Source of the DNA: Mytilus trossulus
Taxonomy: Eukaryota
Reading direction: 5' to 3'
NCBI RefSeq assembly: GCF_036588685.1
Contig: NC_086374.1
Span: 69,626,001 to 69,690,000, forward strand
Length of the DNA: 64,000 bases
In this document: one piece after another, positions 36,202 through 50,515 of the stretch
Numbering within the stretch: the first letter of the stretch is position 1
How the letters are laid out: the number at the start of each line of letters is the position of its first letter
Made by a program: the position numbers and the translations under genes
Notes under the pieces: generated by a model
Database searches by the model: none
Seen by the model: the letters and a program-made list of their open reading frames with translations, nothing else
What the model was told of the DNA's origin: nothing

Positions 36202-39032
36202 AGTGATATATATCAATGACATAAAACCGGTAAATGCACATAAACAATAACTTATTTCAAGTGGCATCATGTCCCATATATTTGTAACGAAAATCGTATA
36301 AGTACATACCATGTGTTTTTAATATCTGCAGCCTCATTGTAAAAGTTCTGTCAAAGGTAGAATACTTTCAGAACATTTTGTGCCAAGTACCAAGTCAGGA
36401 ATATGACAGTTGTCCATTCGTTTGATGTGTTTTGAGCTTTTTTAATTTTGCTGTTTGATTAGAGACTTACCGTTTTGAATTTTCCTATGAGTTCAGTATT
36501 TTTGTGATTTAACTTTGTATAAATGTTGATAATTGTAACAGCTATGATATATTGACTTCTGAGTAATTCCAAGTAAAAAGAATAAAATACTATCTTCATT
36601 TTTATTGAACAGATAACTATAACCCTTAACTGAACAACAAGAAAAATATATGTAACAAACAACTATAAAATGTATTTCGCTTATTGCTATTCTTTGGAAA
36701 ACCCTTTCACAAACATGCAACTATAAATAAAGTAATCCTGTTAGAAATACTTTATACATGCTATACATCAGATCAATACTGTTTAACTTAATAATATTGC
36801 ATGGGTGTCACTATTTATGTTTATAATTTCAGTTATTTTGTTACTCATCCGGGTCTTCGCTCTGTATTAAAAGCACATATACTTATTTTTTATATTCATT
36901 TTGTGCTTATGTGCTTTTGTTGACATATGTGTTTGTTATCATTGTGAATAAAATTATCATACAATGTTGATTGCTGTTTTACTATTCTTGAGAATGTTAT
37001 CTATCATGTCTGATTGGTTTGTTTATACAATGTTGTCAATATAATGGAACTTTATGCTACTGTTTACAAGTGAGAGGTATAGCTAGCTACAAAACCAGAT
37101 TTAATCCACTTTTTCTATAAAAGGAAAATGCCAAGAATATGACAGTAGTCTTCCATTTGTTCGATGTGTTTGATGTGTTTGAGCTTTCGATTTTGCTATT
37201 TGATGAGGGATTTGGGTTTCCTTTGGATTTCGTTATTTTTGATATTTTACTTTTCAATACTAAGGTACGTTTTTATTTGCTTAAATCAATATTACAAAAA
37301 AACCAGGTTTAAAACTTTGAACGCTAGACTTGAAAATAGTATACTGACTCATATAGCCAAAAAATAATATCTATGGCAATACATAATCATCATATTTAAT
37401 TTTATTTTTAGAAAAGTGAAAGGATATTACGTAAGAGATTAATTAACATGAGCAAAAAAGGTGGAAACTTGAACAAACAAGGAAAAAATGGGAAATGGGA
37501 TGAAAATGCAAAAAATACCCCAGAGTTTTGGAAATAAGCACCCTGTGTCTCCCCTTATGCTTTTTTTGTCACGATACTTGATCTCATTGATTATTTACCA
37601 TTTGCACTATGGTCACTGAATATATACAGTAAACTCGTTAACAAAGGAGATGAGAATTAAAAAAAACCTGTAAAAAACATAAAGAATGCCAAAATATACA
37701 TATACAATCTGTGGTATTTAGATGTTCGGAGCTGAAATTCACAAATACATTTTCATTTATTTGTATCTTCCAAAAGTTAATGTAGAATGACTATTGATGT
37801 TTTATTATTAGATTTAAACCGCTTTTGATACCTTTACAGTCGGCGTTATAGCACTCTCTGAGTCTGATCTATAGGAAAATAATCAAGTTTATTATGTTCG
37901 GTATATGTTATCATAGGCTTCAATGGACTGAATGCTTCTTTAACAGTGATTTTTCTGTTGAAACATTTTAAAGATACACATACATGTTTAAGATATGAAT
38001 AATATAATTTTTCATTGTAAAACTATGATAACTCTATCTATCAGTTTTGCTTTTTTCGATAATGCTTCAATTGTTTGCGAAAACAAAACCATTTATTACA
38101 CATCAATACAGATCGATCTAATGTAAAATATTGGCAATCACATCTCATGATTATTTAGATCTCAATTATTTGTATTTCTTATCATATTTTCGGTCGAAAA
38201 ATCACCAATGCTATGCTTTGCATATTTTAGTTCGTAGTATAATGCCGTTTTATCCCCTGAGAAACGACTATGAACATTCCTTTACAGTGTTGTGTTCTGT
38301 CAACTTAACGTCGTGTTGTAATCTGTAATATCTATTGACTGTTTTGGCGCCGGCGTTGACTTGTGGACTTTATTTCGCAGGAATTCATTGGAGTTTCGCA
38401 CTGAAAGAAAAGAATGACAAGTTAAAAGTCTGCAATTACCATGTAGAGAGTATAAGAACGAAAGGGTCTTTATCGCAGTTTATCTTGTTATGCATCACAA
38501 TCCTAATTATTTTGTGAAATAATGTTTAAGTGTTTCCATAGGATAGGATAACCAAAGAATAAAAGCTATCCAGATCATTTTAAGAAAAAATATGTACAAA
38601 ACAAATTCATTCCGATAAACTATGAACAGATTTGATCTCAGATTTACAAATAATAACAACATGTATAAATGTTTAGGCATACGAATGCTCACACCTTTAG
38701 ATGTGAATGATTCACTTCTAATTAAAGATCAAGGTTAAATGATTCAAACAGACCCTTTAAAGGACAAACATTAAATTTGGTATTTGGTTGGGAGGGGGAC
38801 ATTCCAGACACATGTGTTCTTTGCAAGAAAATAATGTGTTTTGTTGTCACTTTTATTTATTGGGTTTGAATTTATGTCAAATTAATAATCGGTCAATGCA
38901 CATACATGGTTTGAATTGTAAGTATTTAAACCAAACAAGAAATCAGATGCTACAAATACAAGTTTTAAACAACTATCGATTTCACACACTTCTTTAAAAA
39001 CTGTAGAAAAGTATGGTATATATATGAATATA

Positions 39033-39570
39033 CATTTATTTCTGGGCCTCAGGGAGATATGAAGATTTGTTCACCCAAGAATATTCAAATTTCACGAGGG
39101 CTCTGCCCGAGGGAAATATAATTTTTTTAGGGTGAACAAATCTTCATATCTCACGAGGACAAGGGAAATGCATGTTTTATTCCACTGCCTTAGCTGTGTA
39201 TACTATCTGAACTTTATATATTCAAACTTAAAAGTTTTCATACCGGCATTTTCCCGACTTATCTGCTTGATTTTATTCCTAAACACGACATACATATTGA
39301 TAAACAGTACGGATAAACATTGTTTTTAATTAGTGTTTTTGTTTTAACGTCTGAAATAAATGAACACGATAATGATATTAATTTAAGCTATTTAGAAAAT
39401 AAGAAGTTCAAGACGTTATGTACAATAACCGCGCGTGGCGTAAAGATTTAGTCCCGACATGTCAGAGGGGAATATATGATACTCAGAGGGGAATATGATA
39501 CTCAGAGGTGAATATGATACTCAGAGGTGAATATGAAGTTTTATTTGAACGTTTCAACCAACCAAATGTT
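39033..39570. mobile_element. Hairpin-ended non-autonomous element with an internal 19-bp tandem repeat
   Basis: Hairpin 39033-39173 (GAGATATGAAGATTTGTTCACCC / GGGTGAACAAATCTTCATATCTC); CAGAGGKGAATATGATACT x4 at 39463-39537. Confidence 0.6.
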
Positions 39571-41584
39571 GATTGTGCTTCCAACATCAACAGTCATGAA
39601 GTCGAACAATAACTTCCAATCTTAATGCAGCAATGAATTCATATGAAAACGGAATCATATCAATAAAATAAAGTATCGTTGTCTTTTACAAAACTTTCGA
39701 AATTATTTTAATTGAAATTTCATTTCTCATTTGATACTATCGTTACTACGTTTTTGTAAATGCTTGTCAGATAAGAGATAAGATAATTTCATAGAACAGT
39801 CATACGTAGTTCATAAAGTTATTAAAGGTCGTTAAACGATGCAAAAACTCTTTCAAATATAAACACAGAAGTTCTTTTTAGCAGAATATAACTGATAATA
39901 ACAGAAAGTAAACGTACTTAACGTTTGTTAATGTATATATTTGTTTAGAAGCCAACTGAAGGACGCCTCCGGGTACGGGAATTTCGCGCTACATTTAAGA
40001 CCTGTTGGTGACCTTCTGTTGTTGTTTTTTCTATGGTCGGGTTGTTGTCTCTTTGACACATTCTCCATTTCCATTCTCAATTTTATTATTCATATAAAGG
40101 TATAACAATAAAATATCACAATAGCAGGAGGACAGAAAAAAGATACCAAAGAGACATCTGAACTCACAAGTAGAAAACAAACTGACAAGGTAACATTCAA
40201 GATAGTCATCACAGTTTGAAAACATCATCTATATATACAGAAGAACATGAATTTGAAAGATAATGGGTAAATTCTATTTAATTTTTAGTGTTAGTGTTCA
40301 CAGATCAATACCTAAAGTTATGCCTTTATTAATATGAATAAAAGAAGACATAGACCACAAACCAATAATACACATATTATGTTTAAACACAACCCTACAT
40401 GACTATGTAAATATTAATTTTGTATTTATTATTTGAAATGATTTTTTTGCACCAATCCATATACAGATGCACTTTCATCATTATACTTCTTACCTTCAGA
40501 AATTAATTAATATTTACACGCCTATAATCACTTTCACATTCAGTAAGAAAAACCTTGATTTTTTATGAGTGGAAATAATCGTGATGCTCAACTGTAGGCG
40601 GAATAATCTGACCAGACAGGAGTTTAGACGCGATACAATATCTGTTGATTCATCAAACACCTGTTATGTATGCTGCATTAACTTTATATCATTTTTTGTA
40701 TAATAAAGATGCACAAAAATTAATAACAAAACTCAAGCCATTTCCAACTGATTTTATCAATTTTTATTGTGTTGTGCCATTAAACAAATTTGTAAGTTTT
40801 GGAGGAGTATATGTTGGCTAGGCAGAGGGATGCAGAGAACAGACATATTCAAATGAATGTGTGTCTGTCCTAATCTATGTGGCTATAATTCAGTGGTGGT
40901 CGGTGGTTGTTATATGCCATATTTGATGTTCGTTGTTATGTCATAATTTAGACCGGGTTTAGACAAAAGCACAAAACCATTTCTAATCACATTCTAATCT
41001 ATCTATAAAGAATACCCGTTGTTTTACCCCAAACTTATAATTATGCCATAAAAGTCGTCAGAAAAAAAACCCGATAAACAGGATGTTTTTGAGATCTACA
41101 ATGTATAAAGATGAAAGTAAAAGTTTTCCGGAAACAATACCGGAATATATTATCTGAACACTCCGCTTTTATTTTGAATAGATTCTTTCATATGCAAAGA
41201 AGCAATACCATTAATCAATTTTCAATACGTCAAAATAATCAGACATATTCCAAGCGTGGTCCCATTTAAGAGCATTGAAAGATCACGAATAGTTCAGATT
41301 GATTGATCATATCTGATGTCTAAAGAAATGAATCACCAAAGAAGAAAAAAATCCCACAAAAACATTTAATCTATCAACGTGTCTTCACATCATGTTGTTA
41401 GAATAATTACATAAAAGGTATAACAAATAACAAGCTTTATATAACAAATGGTAGATGCATAATTACTGGTATGCAAGGTTATATGCGAAAGAGAGAAAAT
41501 GTTCAAGATTTCTCTTAACCAAATGGCAAAAACTACCTACACTCCTAACACAACCATGAAGAGGTTTCTGGCTTGAGACAATTA

Positions 41585-41789
41585 CCGTATAGCGGGTTAT
41601 TTTCGCGGGGTGCAAATTTTCGCGGATAGAACAAAATCGCTTAATAAAAGTGCTCCAATTTAAAGTGTACATGATAAAGTATTGATCAAAGTTATGAATC
41701 CACCAAAATGAAAACCGCCAAAATATTTCGTACACCTTATTCAAGTAAATCGCGAAATTTTACAACCGCGAAAATAACCCGCTGTACGG
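41585..41789. mobile_element. Tc1/mariner-type MITE with TA TSD
   Basis: TA|CCGTATAGCGGGTTATTTTCGCGG...CCGCGAAAATAACCCGCTGTACGG|TA. Confidence 0.85.
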
Positions 41790-43099
41790 TATTCAAGAAT
41801 ATGTGGCAGGGTTATCTTTTTTTTCAGTTCTTTTAAACTCTATCAGCGGCTTACACAAGATTGTCAAAAAAAATACAAGAAAGGAACATAATCATATGAA
41901 ATCGATATAAACATTATTAAATCATTTGTTTAAAAGAAACTTAAACTATTTAACCCGCTGATGGGAAATCATACCATTCTACAATCTATAAGCATCACCG
42001 ATACTACACAGCACCGTACCAGTGAAGGTAGACCAAATCTTATATTTGCCACTTTAAAACAAAGCAATCTAGTATGCAGTACCGCAAAATGTAGCTTTTA
42101 TTTGCAAATTCAGGAACGGATGGTCATTCAATTGAATACCATACGTAATGAATGAACAACAACGGGTTTGAACTATAAATGGCGTTAATTTTTCTGCAAA
42201 TTGTGAAAAAAGAGATATGGCTTGATAACGCCCATTCATTATATTAAGATCTTTTATTATTAGTTACATAGTGTGCTAATGACCTTATACGGTATATATG
42301 GGGGTCAGTAAATTCCATATGGGGTGAGAGCGAAGCCGTATTACGTCACTAGCACACTTTGTAACGAATTTATCTTACCGACTATCGTAACGTGTAAAAT
42401 TTAGACCTATCAAAATGAGCAAGTCTTCAATACAGTTAGCATTAACATGATGAGGAAGCTACTTCCATTGATCCTACAAAAACAGATGCCAACAATGACA
42501 ACTTGTTAGATTTAAAGTGGTTTTTTTTAAAATTTATTTCACTTATCATCACTTTCTTCGTCTGTTGAAACCTTAAAGATTTTTTCTCAGTACTGTTTTG
42601 TTTTTTTATAGGGATGTAACACCACTAAAAACCGTGTATAAAATAAGCCACGCCTTCTTATTACCTTATATGGAATATAAAGGACGTAACTCCACTACTA
42701 GCAGTGTATGAAATAAGCCCCGACTCCCAACTAAGCTTATATTAAATATACACGGTTTCCACGAGGACGCTTTTAACCAATCATATTCCTAGAAATGTAT
42801 AGGAGGTAAGATAATTATATATACTTATTCTAAATGTCCAAATATTTTTGATACTGTAAAATATGTTTTTTTTAAAGCACACTTGTCGGATATTTGAAAA
42901 AAAAAAAAGGTTTTGGAAAGTTGTGCACTCTTAATACTGAATGCTTTTCAATAGGAAAAAACTAGTTCAGCACGCTCATAAGCTGTTTGATTCTAAGACA
43001 GCACGGTTAATAATAATTTTTATATTCCTCCCATGCACGTACATCTAAGAAATACATTAAGAGAAAACAATTCTGACAGGAAAAAAGTACTACATTTAA

Positions 43100-44010
43100 G
43101 TATTTTTAAATAAGCTAAAATTATATCAGCAAACCTGTAATATCTACTTTTGTACAATATAGCATGTGGCTGATTTGAATCTTGATACTTCAAAGAAAAA
43201 GTAGAACAGTCTTCGAAATAAATTGTTTTGTTAAAACAACCAAAATATATCTTAAAGTTTTAATACAATTGCAAACAGATTGAAAACAAATATCATAAAG
43301 TGCGATCTCTCATTCGAACTGTTGTAGTGTCCGCAGGCAAATGTTCTATAGTGTGCAACTTTAATTTTATACTGATATCGGTTTTTTAACTGTCTTCAAT
43401 TATTTTTTTATTGTAAAATATGTGCTTTATCAACAGACAATATTATGAATTTTTACAATTATTTTGTTATCATTTCCACGGTAAAAACGAATTTTAATAC
43501 TTAGATCTTTGAATAACATGTTAAAATTGACTACATAAGAAACAAAAATTAACTAATTCGATAAAACACTATGCCAATAATTTTGTCTAATAACCAACTA
43601 AATGTAAGCGCAATAAAACTTTTAAGTTGAAATGCAAATCATATAAGCCTGTTAAAATCGTTATCAAGGTAATGCTTAAATAAGCAATAAGAACTTCTCA
43701 AACGGAAGAACAGTTTAGACAATTTTGTTTTTTGAAACCGCCTATCCGTTACATGCATATATAACCACTTTGATCAAGGTAGGAATGCGTTTCATAAAAT
43801 ATTAATATTAATTTTTAATGCCAACTAAAATAACTTGTGTTATTTTTTTTAACATTCTCCTTCTGGTGTAAGTTGAATATCTGCTTTAACATGCACAGGA
43901 CACCAAGCAACATTTACTCTGATATTGTAAAATCAAATGAATGGTTGGTAATGGGGTAGATAGGTATTGACTCAATACGAACTGTCGTAAAAGCAGACTT
44001 TGAACATTGA
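43100..44010 (-). pseudogene. Decayed multi-exon paralog A (core exons)
   Basis: Homologous to 48290-48910 and 54330-54950; exon-like blocks with AG/GT borders and in-frame stops. Confidence 0.45.
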
Positions 44011-44208
44011 TGTTTACTAGGAAATTCTCTCATTATCATTTTGTGTTGTGACACACACTATAGATATGAAGTGCTAAAAAAATGAATTGAACTGAATTGA
44101 ATTGTCATAAACAAGCACATGAAACATTCATAAATTGGACACTTACGTTTTTAAACAATAGTCAGAAGCTATCATAGCGAAATCTTACACACATAAATAA
44201 TAGACAAA

Positions 44209-45764
44209 GGCCGTGTTCACACCAAACGCCGTGCAGAGTAAACATGTTTACAATTAGTTTAGTGTAGTGTGCACTGGTTTCACATTACATTTGTTCACAT
44301 CTATACACCTTGTTTAGCTACCTGTACATAAGATTTGTTCTCACTTGTAAACTATGTGTCATTTAAATGTTCATTACGTAGAACTGAATTCAAAATTTTG
44401 GGACAATTTTTCTAGCGGTAAGGGAACAACCATTTGACTTCAAAAGGGGGGGGAATGGAAATATTCCGATCCACAATTTGATACAAAAAATAAATGATCA
44501 TACAGATGATAAAAGAAATATTCTGAATCAAAGAGTTTCCCCATACATTATAGTGTTAAATATTAAAAAAAAATGTATTTGATCACCAGCATCGAAAAAA
44601 AGGAATAAAAACGTACGCGCGAATTTTTTTTTTTACTCAGATAAAATAAAATAACCCTCCCCCTTTTTAGGTTAAGTGGTTACTACTTTATGAAAGCCAT
44701 TTTTATAATTTGCAGTAGTTTGAATATACTAGATATGTCTCGATTACGCACTAGAAAACGTTAGCTGCAGCAGCGTGCTTACAGCCGAAAAAAAGGATTG
44801 AGTTATTAGGGATCTCTAAATTTTTATCTTTTCTGTTTGTTTCAAATGGTATTTCTTCTCCAAGAAGTATTTGGTAAAAATATAGGGTAACGTTTTTTTT
44901 AATTTATTTTAAGTGTTATTTAACGGATCTGAGATACTAGACAAACATATCATTTACCCACACTGTTTTTAGTCATGCATTTATGCGTGAATCGTTGTTT
45001 GAGTAAAGACCAGTGGCAAATATTTCTATGTACGTCAAGTCGATTCGGGAAGACCTTTTCAAATGAATTAGGCAGCAACTATTTACTTCATTTTTTAGGG
45101 AGGGGGTAGAGGGGCGTGGGCTATTGATTTTTCCAGGACAAATTTTGGTGACAAGTCGAATCAATTTTAGCATTATATATATATAGTGGCAGCTGAGGGA
45201 ATCACTGAAGCGTGACTGAAGTGGGCCCCCTCTTAGGTCAGTCAGTGGGCCCCCACTTATGAAAATTCCTGGATCCGCCACTGTGTTTTATACTCAACTA
45301 TAATAGCCCCACCCCCATGCCTTTATGTTTTATACTCAACTAGAATAGCTCCCCCCCCCCGAAAATCAATTGGTTCCTGCCTTATGGGTTCGACAATGAT
45401 GCTGCTTTGAGTTTTAATCAGGGGTTAATAAAGTACGTGATTTTTTTTTTAACAAAAAAAAATCTGTAAAATTTAGACAACAATTTCTGTAAAGAACTAT
45501 ACTAATAATTATCAAAAATATCAATTTTACTCAAAAATTGTTTCCTCCTTAAATATATACACGGTAAAAATAATGTCCTAAATGCCTAGTTTTGTGTACA
45601 CTTAACCTACACAAGGCCTACATTGACTATCGACTGTGTGTAGATAAAACATGATTTAAACTACATGTAAACATTGAGTTTTATCAATGGGAACGCAATT
45701 GTGTTTAGTTTACGTGTGAGTTACACTAACACAACACCGAATTTAGGTCAATGTGAACACGGCC
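44209..45764. mobile_element. PIF/Harbinger-like non-autonomous element with nested MITEs
   Basis: 13-bp TIR GGCCGTGTTCACA and 3-bp TSD AAA; the paralogous site at about 49085-49095 is empty. Confidence 0.8.
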
Positions 45765-46359
45765 AAAGATAACTTTGTTCAGCTGAAATATTGCACCAGA
45801 GAAGGTGGTTTATACAATAAGAATATAAATCGCTTTAGATAGACTTGTATTACTGTTAGTGTAAACTATAAAAGGATCTATAAATCAAAAAATTGAATGC
45901 ATCTTTTAAAGAAAAGTTCTGGGGTGTAACCGCGTTGGCCGATGTAAATTTATTAAAAGGTACAGTCATTAATGATTTTTACAAGTTATGAACTATTATT
46001 AAACACACAACAGAATTGTTTTACATCAGCATCGACTTCGACAATAGAGGCTAACCAATTCAAAACGGATATTCAAAATTCAAGATCATATTTCAGTACA
46101 TATAAATAGAAAGTTTGCAATTGAGAGGCTGAGATCATCTCTCTCTTTTGTAATTGTGCTGATTTTGTTTGCTTCATCCGATATGAACAAATTGAATAGG
46201 AGATATGTGGGCACTAGAATATGATACACACATATATGAACACAAATCTTTTACAATTGATGATGACGGTTAATATTAATTTTCTATTCAATTTTTTGAA
46301 ATAATAACGTACAGTTTGCACCAATCTTTATTTATAAACACGTTATTCCTGATTTTTCT

Positions 46360-49300
46360 TACCTACAGAAATTAATTGAAAACTGAAAGCCTTTAATCTA
46401 GTTGCCATTTAGTATGAAAGACCTTGATTTTGTTTCACGAGTGGAAATAATTCATATTGGCAACTGTAGACGGAGTAATCTGACCAGAAAACAGTAGTAA
46501 CATAACGCTGTAAATAATTTATTGAATCGACAATCATCTGTAATGTATATTGCATCATTATCCAAGATGCCAAAATCTCATATTTTTGTTTATTTTTTTT
46601 GTTAATTATTTTGTCTTAATTCTGCTCGTTTTTTGTAACTGATCCACATTTGACACGTCGAGACTATATGTAATGAGTAAACTCATTGTAGAAGGCCGAA
46701 CGATGGCCTATTCTACTTACTATATGCTCAATAAATCTTATTGGATAGTTGTCTTATTGCCAATCATATCACACCAACTTATTCTTAGCTTAAACTCATC
46801 AGACTAAAATCAAGCCTGGTCCTATTAAAGAGTATTGCAAGATCACAGATTTTTCAGATTGAGTGATCAAATTCAATGTCTTATAAAATAAATCATCAAA
46901 TGTTTGATTTATCAATGTTTTTCTAAACTGAATGAAAAAAACTGCTTACACTCCTTACACAAAGAGGTTTCTGGCTTGAGGCAATTTTTAATGAGAAGTG
47001 GCGTTGTTGCTTTTTTTTTATCTTATAAAAAAGAAGATGTGGTATAATTGCCAATGAGACAACTATCCACAAAAGACCAAAATGACACAAACATTAACAA
47101 TTATAGGTCATCGTACAGCCTTTCTCTTTCTTTCTTAGTCTTTCTCTACTTGTTCAGCCGCTTAAAAAGGTTGAACATCGCATAACCGTGGAAGCTTTCG
47201 TAACGGTATAACAAATGATGAAATCGCAATTTCAAAAAAAACTTAAACAATGTAGCCTGGTAGCGAGCTCTACACTCTAACATTGAGGGTCGAAATCACA
47301 GATTTAACTGTATTGTATATTTGCCGCAAAACAAATCCAGAAAATTAAACAGTAAACACTAGTTCTCTTATATATTAATAGCCAAATGTGAATATTCATT
47401 ATGATATTGAATATGAATATTTGGAGCATTTTCAGCCGTTTTTTTCTTATTTTGTGCACAGCGTGGAATTCATTTTTTTTCAATATATATGTACTGCATA
47501 AGCATGTTATATTTTGATACTGAAAACTATAATTTTTCGAACACAGTTGTTTATTCTTTTTCAATTGGAAATGTCTGAATAAAAAAATCATTATGTAATT
47601 GAACAATATGGAATTATCTGCTTTTGTCTAAGAATTTAAAAAAAAATGTTTCAGAAAAAAATGTTCTAAAAGAAATTATACAACATTTCAATATCAGACT
47701 AAATTACGTCAGCTTATATAAAAAGCATGTGTCTCTTTACAGGCAGATTATGAATTTTGTCTTGATACTTCCAAGTAAACAGCTTTAAGAATCAAAATAA
47801 ATTGAGATTTATAACTATTAAGGTGGTACCTAACACTGCAGGGAGATAACTCTGTAAAGTCAGCTTAACGTTTTAATTACGTTGTGTTGTAAAAGGAATA
47901 TTAAGCTTCTCAATGATCAAAATTGGTGTTTGTCAAATTGCTATATAACCAGGGTAATTTTTCTGACAAAACGGTTGGTTCAAATTTTTTAAAATTTTTA
48001 AATTTTTGTTAAAGTGTTAAAGTAAATACTTTGACAAAATTTTATGAAAATTAAACGAGCCAAATTAATTTTAGTGAAAGTGTTGGGTACCACCTTAATA
48101 TTTTAGAAACCAAAAATTATTTGAAAGTCTTCTTTAAATTTCATTCTGATTGAAAAACAATATCCTTGAAATAAAGTGTTGCATAATTCAGCTGAAATAG
48201 CGTCTGGAAACAAATTATCTGTTGTATGAAGGTTCAATGTAAGATTAATACGAATTTCTGTAATTGTTCAGGATTTTCTAGTAAAAGTTGTGCTTTTCTA
48301 TGAGACATTAACTTATGTATTTACGTTTTATTTACCTTATTTATCAACAGTAAATAACATGATAAAATTTACTACATCAAATATTTTTAACAAATTCGAT
48401 AAAAACGCTATGTTAATAATGCGTTCGTATAACCAACTAAAAATCATCTCAATACTTGGCACGTATACGTGCAACTCATTTCAACCTGTTAAACTCTTTA
48501 TCATGGTTATGGTTTAATAAACAATAAGAACTACTCAAACGATTAAACATTTAAAGTTTTTTGTTGATCAAACTAGAATATTTGAAGCTGACTTCCGGTG
48601 ACATGCAACTATAACCACTTTGATTAAGACGTAGAACGACAGAATGGCATTCTATGAAAACTCATTTTTATTATGAATTAAAATAACTTTGTGGTATCTT
48701 TGATTTTTTACATACTACTCCTGGTTTGAATGGAATATCTGCTTTAACATGCAAAAAACACCACGTTACATTTACTCTGATATTGTTAAATCGAACAAAT
48801 CGTTAGTCACGATGTGATGGTGCATTGAATCAATATACACAGATAATGCCTTTATTCACAAACAGCTCCTTGCAGTTAGAGAATACTTTGAACATTCGCA
48901 TGTTTGTTTTTGAAAATTCTTAGGTCAGCAATTATTATTGGAAGTTACAAGAATCTGTGATAAAAAAGTTGTTAAACAAATGTCAGAAATCTTCATGAGC
49001 AAATTCATTACTTAATATTATATGGTACTATTTTGATTCAAAAAGTTTTTGTCATTTCCAAGTAGGTGAACAAACATGAATAAAAGACAAAGACAATTTT
49101 GTAAGTTAGATAATGTTATCCGATATTGTTGTTTATACAATATTAAACCTTGTTTATTCTTTTTTGACTGTTAATGTAAATTTATAGAAGGATCTTTTTA
49201 GTCATTCTAAAACTGAGTTACAAAAAAGGCATACCAAAAGTATCTTTTCTTTATAATTAAGAAATCCGTTAGAGCCTATTCTTTATAACCTAGCCATCCG

Positions 49301-50515
49301 TTATTCTCATTTTTTTTTATTCTTTGCTTATTTCCTCAATTTTTTAAATTTCTTTTGCAAGTCATAATGTTTCCACATTATTTCTCTTCTAAAATTTCAT
49401 TCAAATCCTCCTGCATGCCAAACAAGATGTTTCTCAGCAAACTAAACGCAATTCTATTTATTTTACTATCGTTTCTACATATTGAGATAAATTAAAATTT
49501 CTGTTTTTTGGACATTTTCATCGTTTGCACTGACATACTTTTCTTGTTTTAATTTCAAAAGTTAAATCCAATCGGATTTTTGTGAACAAGAATATCTGAA
49601 ATGCATGTATCTTCATTTCAAAATAATGCTGTATGCTTTGGAAATAATTAATTTTTATTAATTTTTCATAAGCTTAGAAATTACAGGCATTTTCCAGAAC
49701 TCCAGAATGACATAGCATTTGGTTTGTCGCATGACTGAAACGAATTGAAATTTGTAAGTCAGAGCACATTTCTAATATATAAGACTTCTGCTTTCCGATA
49801 ATTATTTTTTTTGCAATATTTTGATTGAATTTTAAAATCCCTCCTAGCTGTAAAAAAAACTTTTGTTCTTATGTCCTCCTAACATTATTTGGACATTTTG
49901 CTCAAAAATAACAAAACATAACAAACATAATTCTTAGACAGAAGTTAAGTAGAAGGTGACAAACTGACCTCTTCATCATATATTTCAGCACCTAGCATCT
50001 GCTTTTTTTACACCCGTATCAATTTTTACATGAGGGGTGAAAGAAAACAAAGGGATATTAAAAATTCAAAATCAAGTTGACACAGTCATGTCAAAAAACG
50101 AAAAACGACAAGCAACTGTATTCAATACACAACATAGAAAACTGAAGAACATACCGAGCAACAACAACTCCACATTAAAACTAAGGTATCTCCGATATGT
50201 CGGAATTGTGAATTAGCAAGATTCTTAACTTGAAATAGTGACATATACTGTGGCGAAATAATTTTGCTCTGTGAGTATTTCATCAATCCTTATATCGTTA
50301 AGATCTTAGATTAGTAAAACACAAATAATTCGGCCAAGGAATCAAAACAATACTTATCTTAATGATATGAATATTAGCGGCAAAATCAACAAAACTACGT
50401 TCAAACAACACGATAAACCAGTAATATTAAGAGGAAGCTAAAAATACTTAAGACTGCACTGTTACATTCTATTATCGTTCATTTTACTTTGGAATAAGTT
50501 ATATTTAGCAACATT
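46360..50515 (-). pseudogene. Decayed multi-exon paralog B (most complete copy)
   Basis: ATG exon (MLLNITYSK|), hydrophobic exon (..LILPLIFISL), Cys-containing exons; every block has a homologous counterpart in paralogs A, C or D. Confidence 0.45.
47822..48094. mobile_element. TTAA-flanked MITE (Kolobok-like or Crypton-like)
   Basis: TTAA|GGTGGTACCTAACACT...AGTGTTGGGTACCACC|TTAA. Confidence 0.8.

Larger units (their letters stand above)
32112..37107. repeat. Tandem segmental duplication, copy 2 (empty site at about 36826, plus its own insertions)
   Basis: Colinear with copy 1 once the copy-specific insertions are removed. Confidence 0.9.

Noticed and set aside
49250-49850. Possible decayed minus-strand exon or transposase
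   Set aside because: An acceptor-like start is present, but there are too many stops and frameshifts to reconstruct or assign it.
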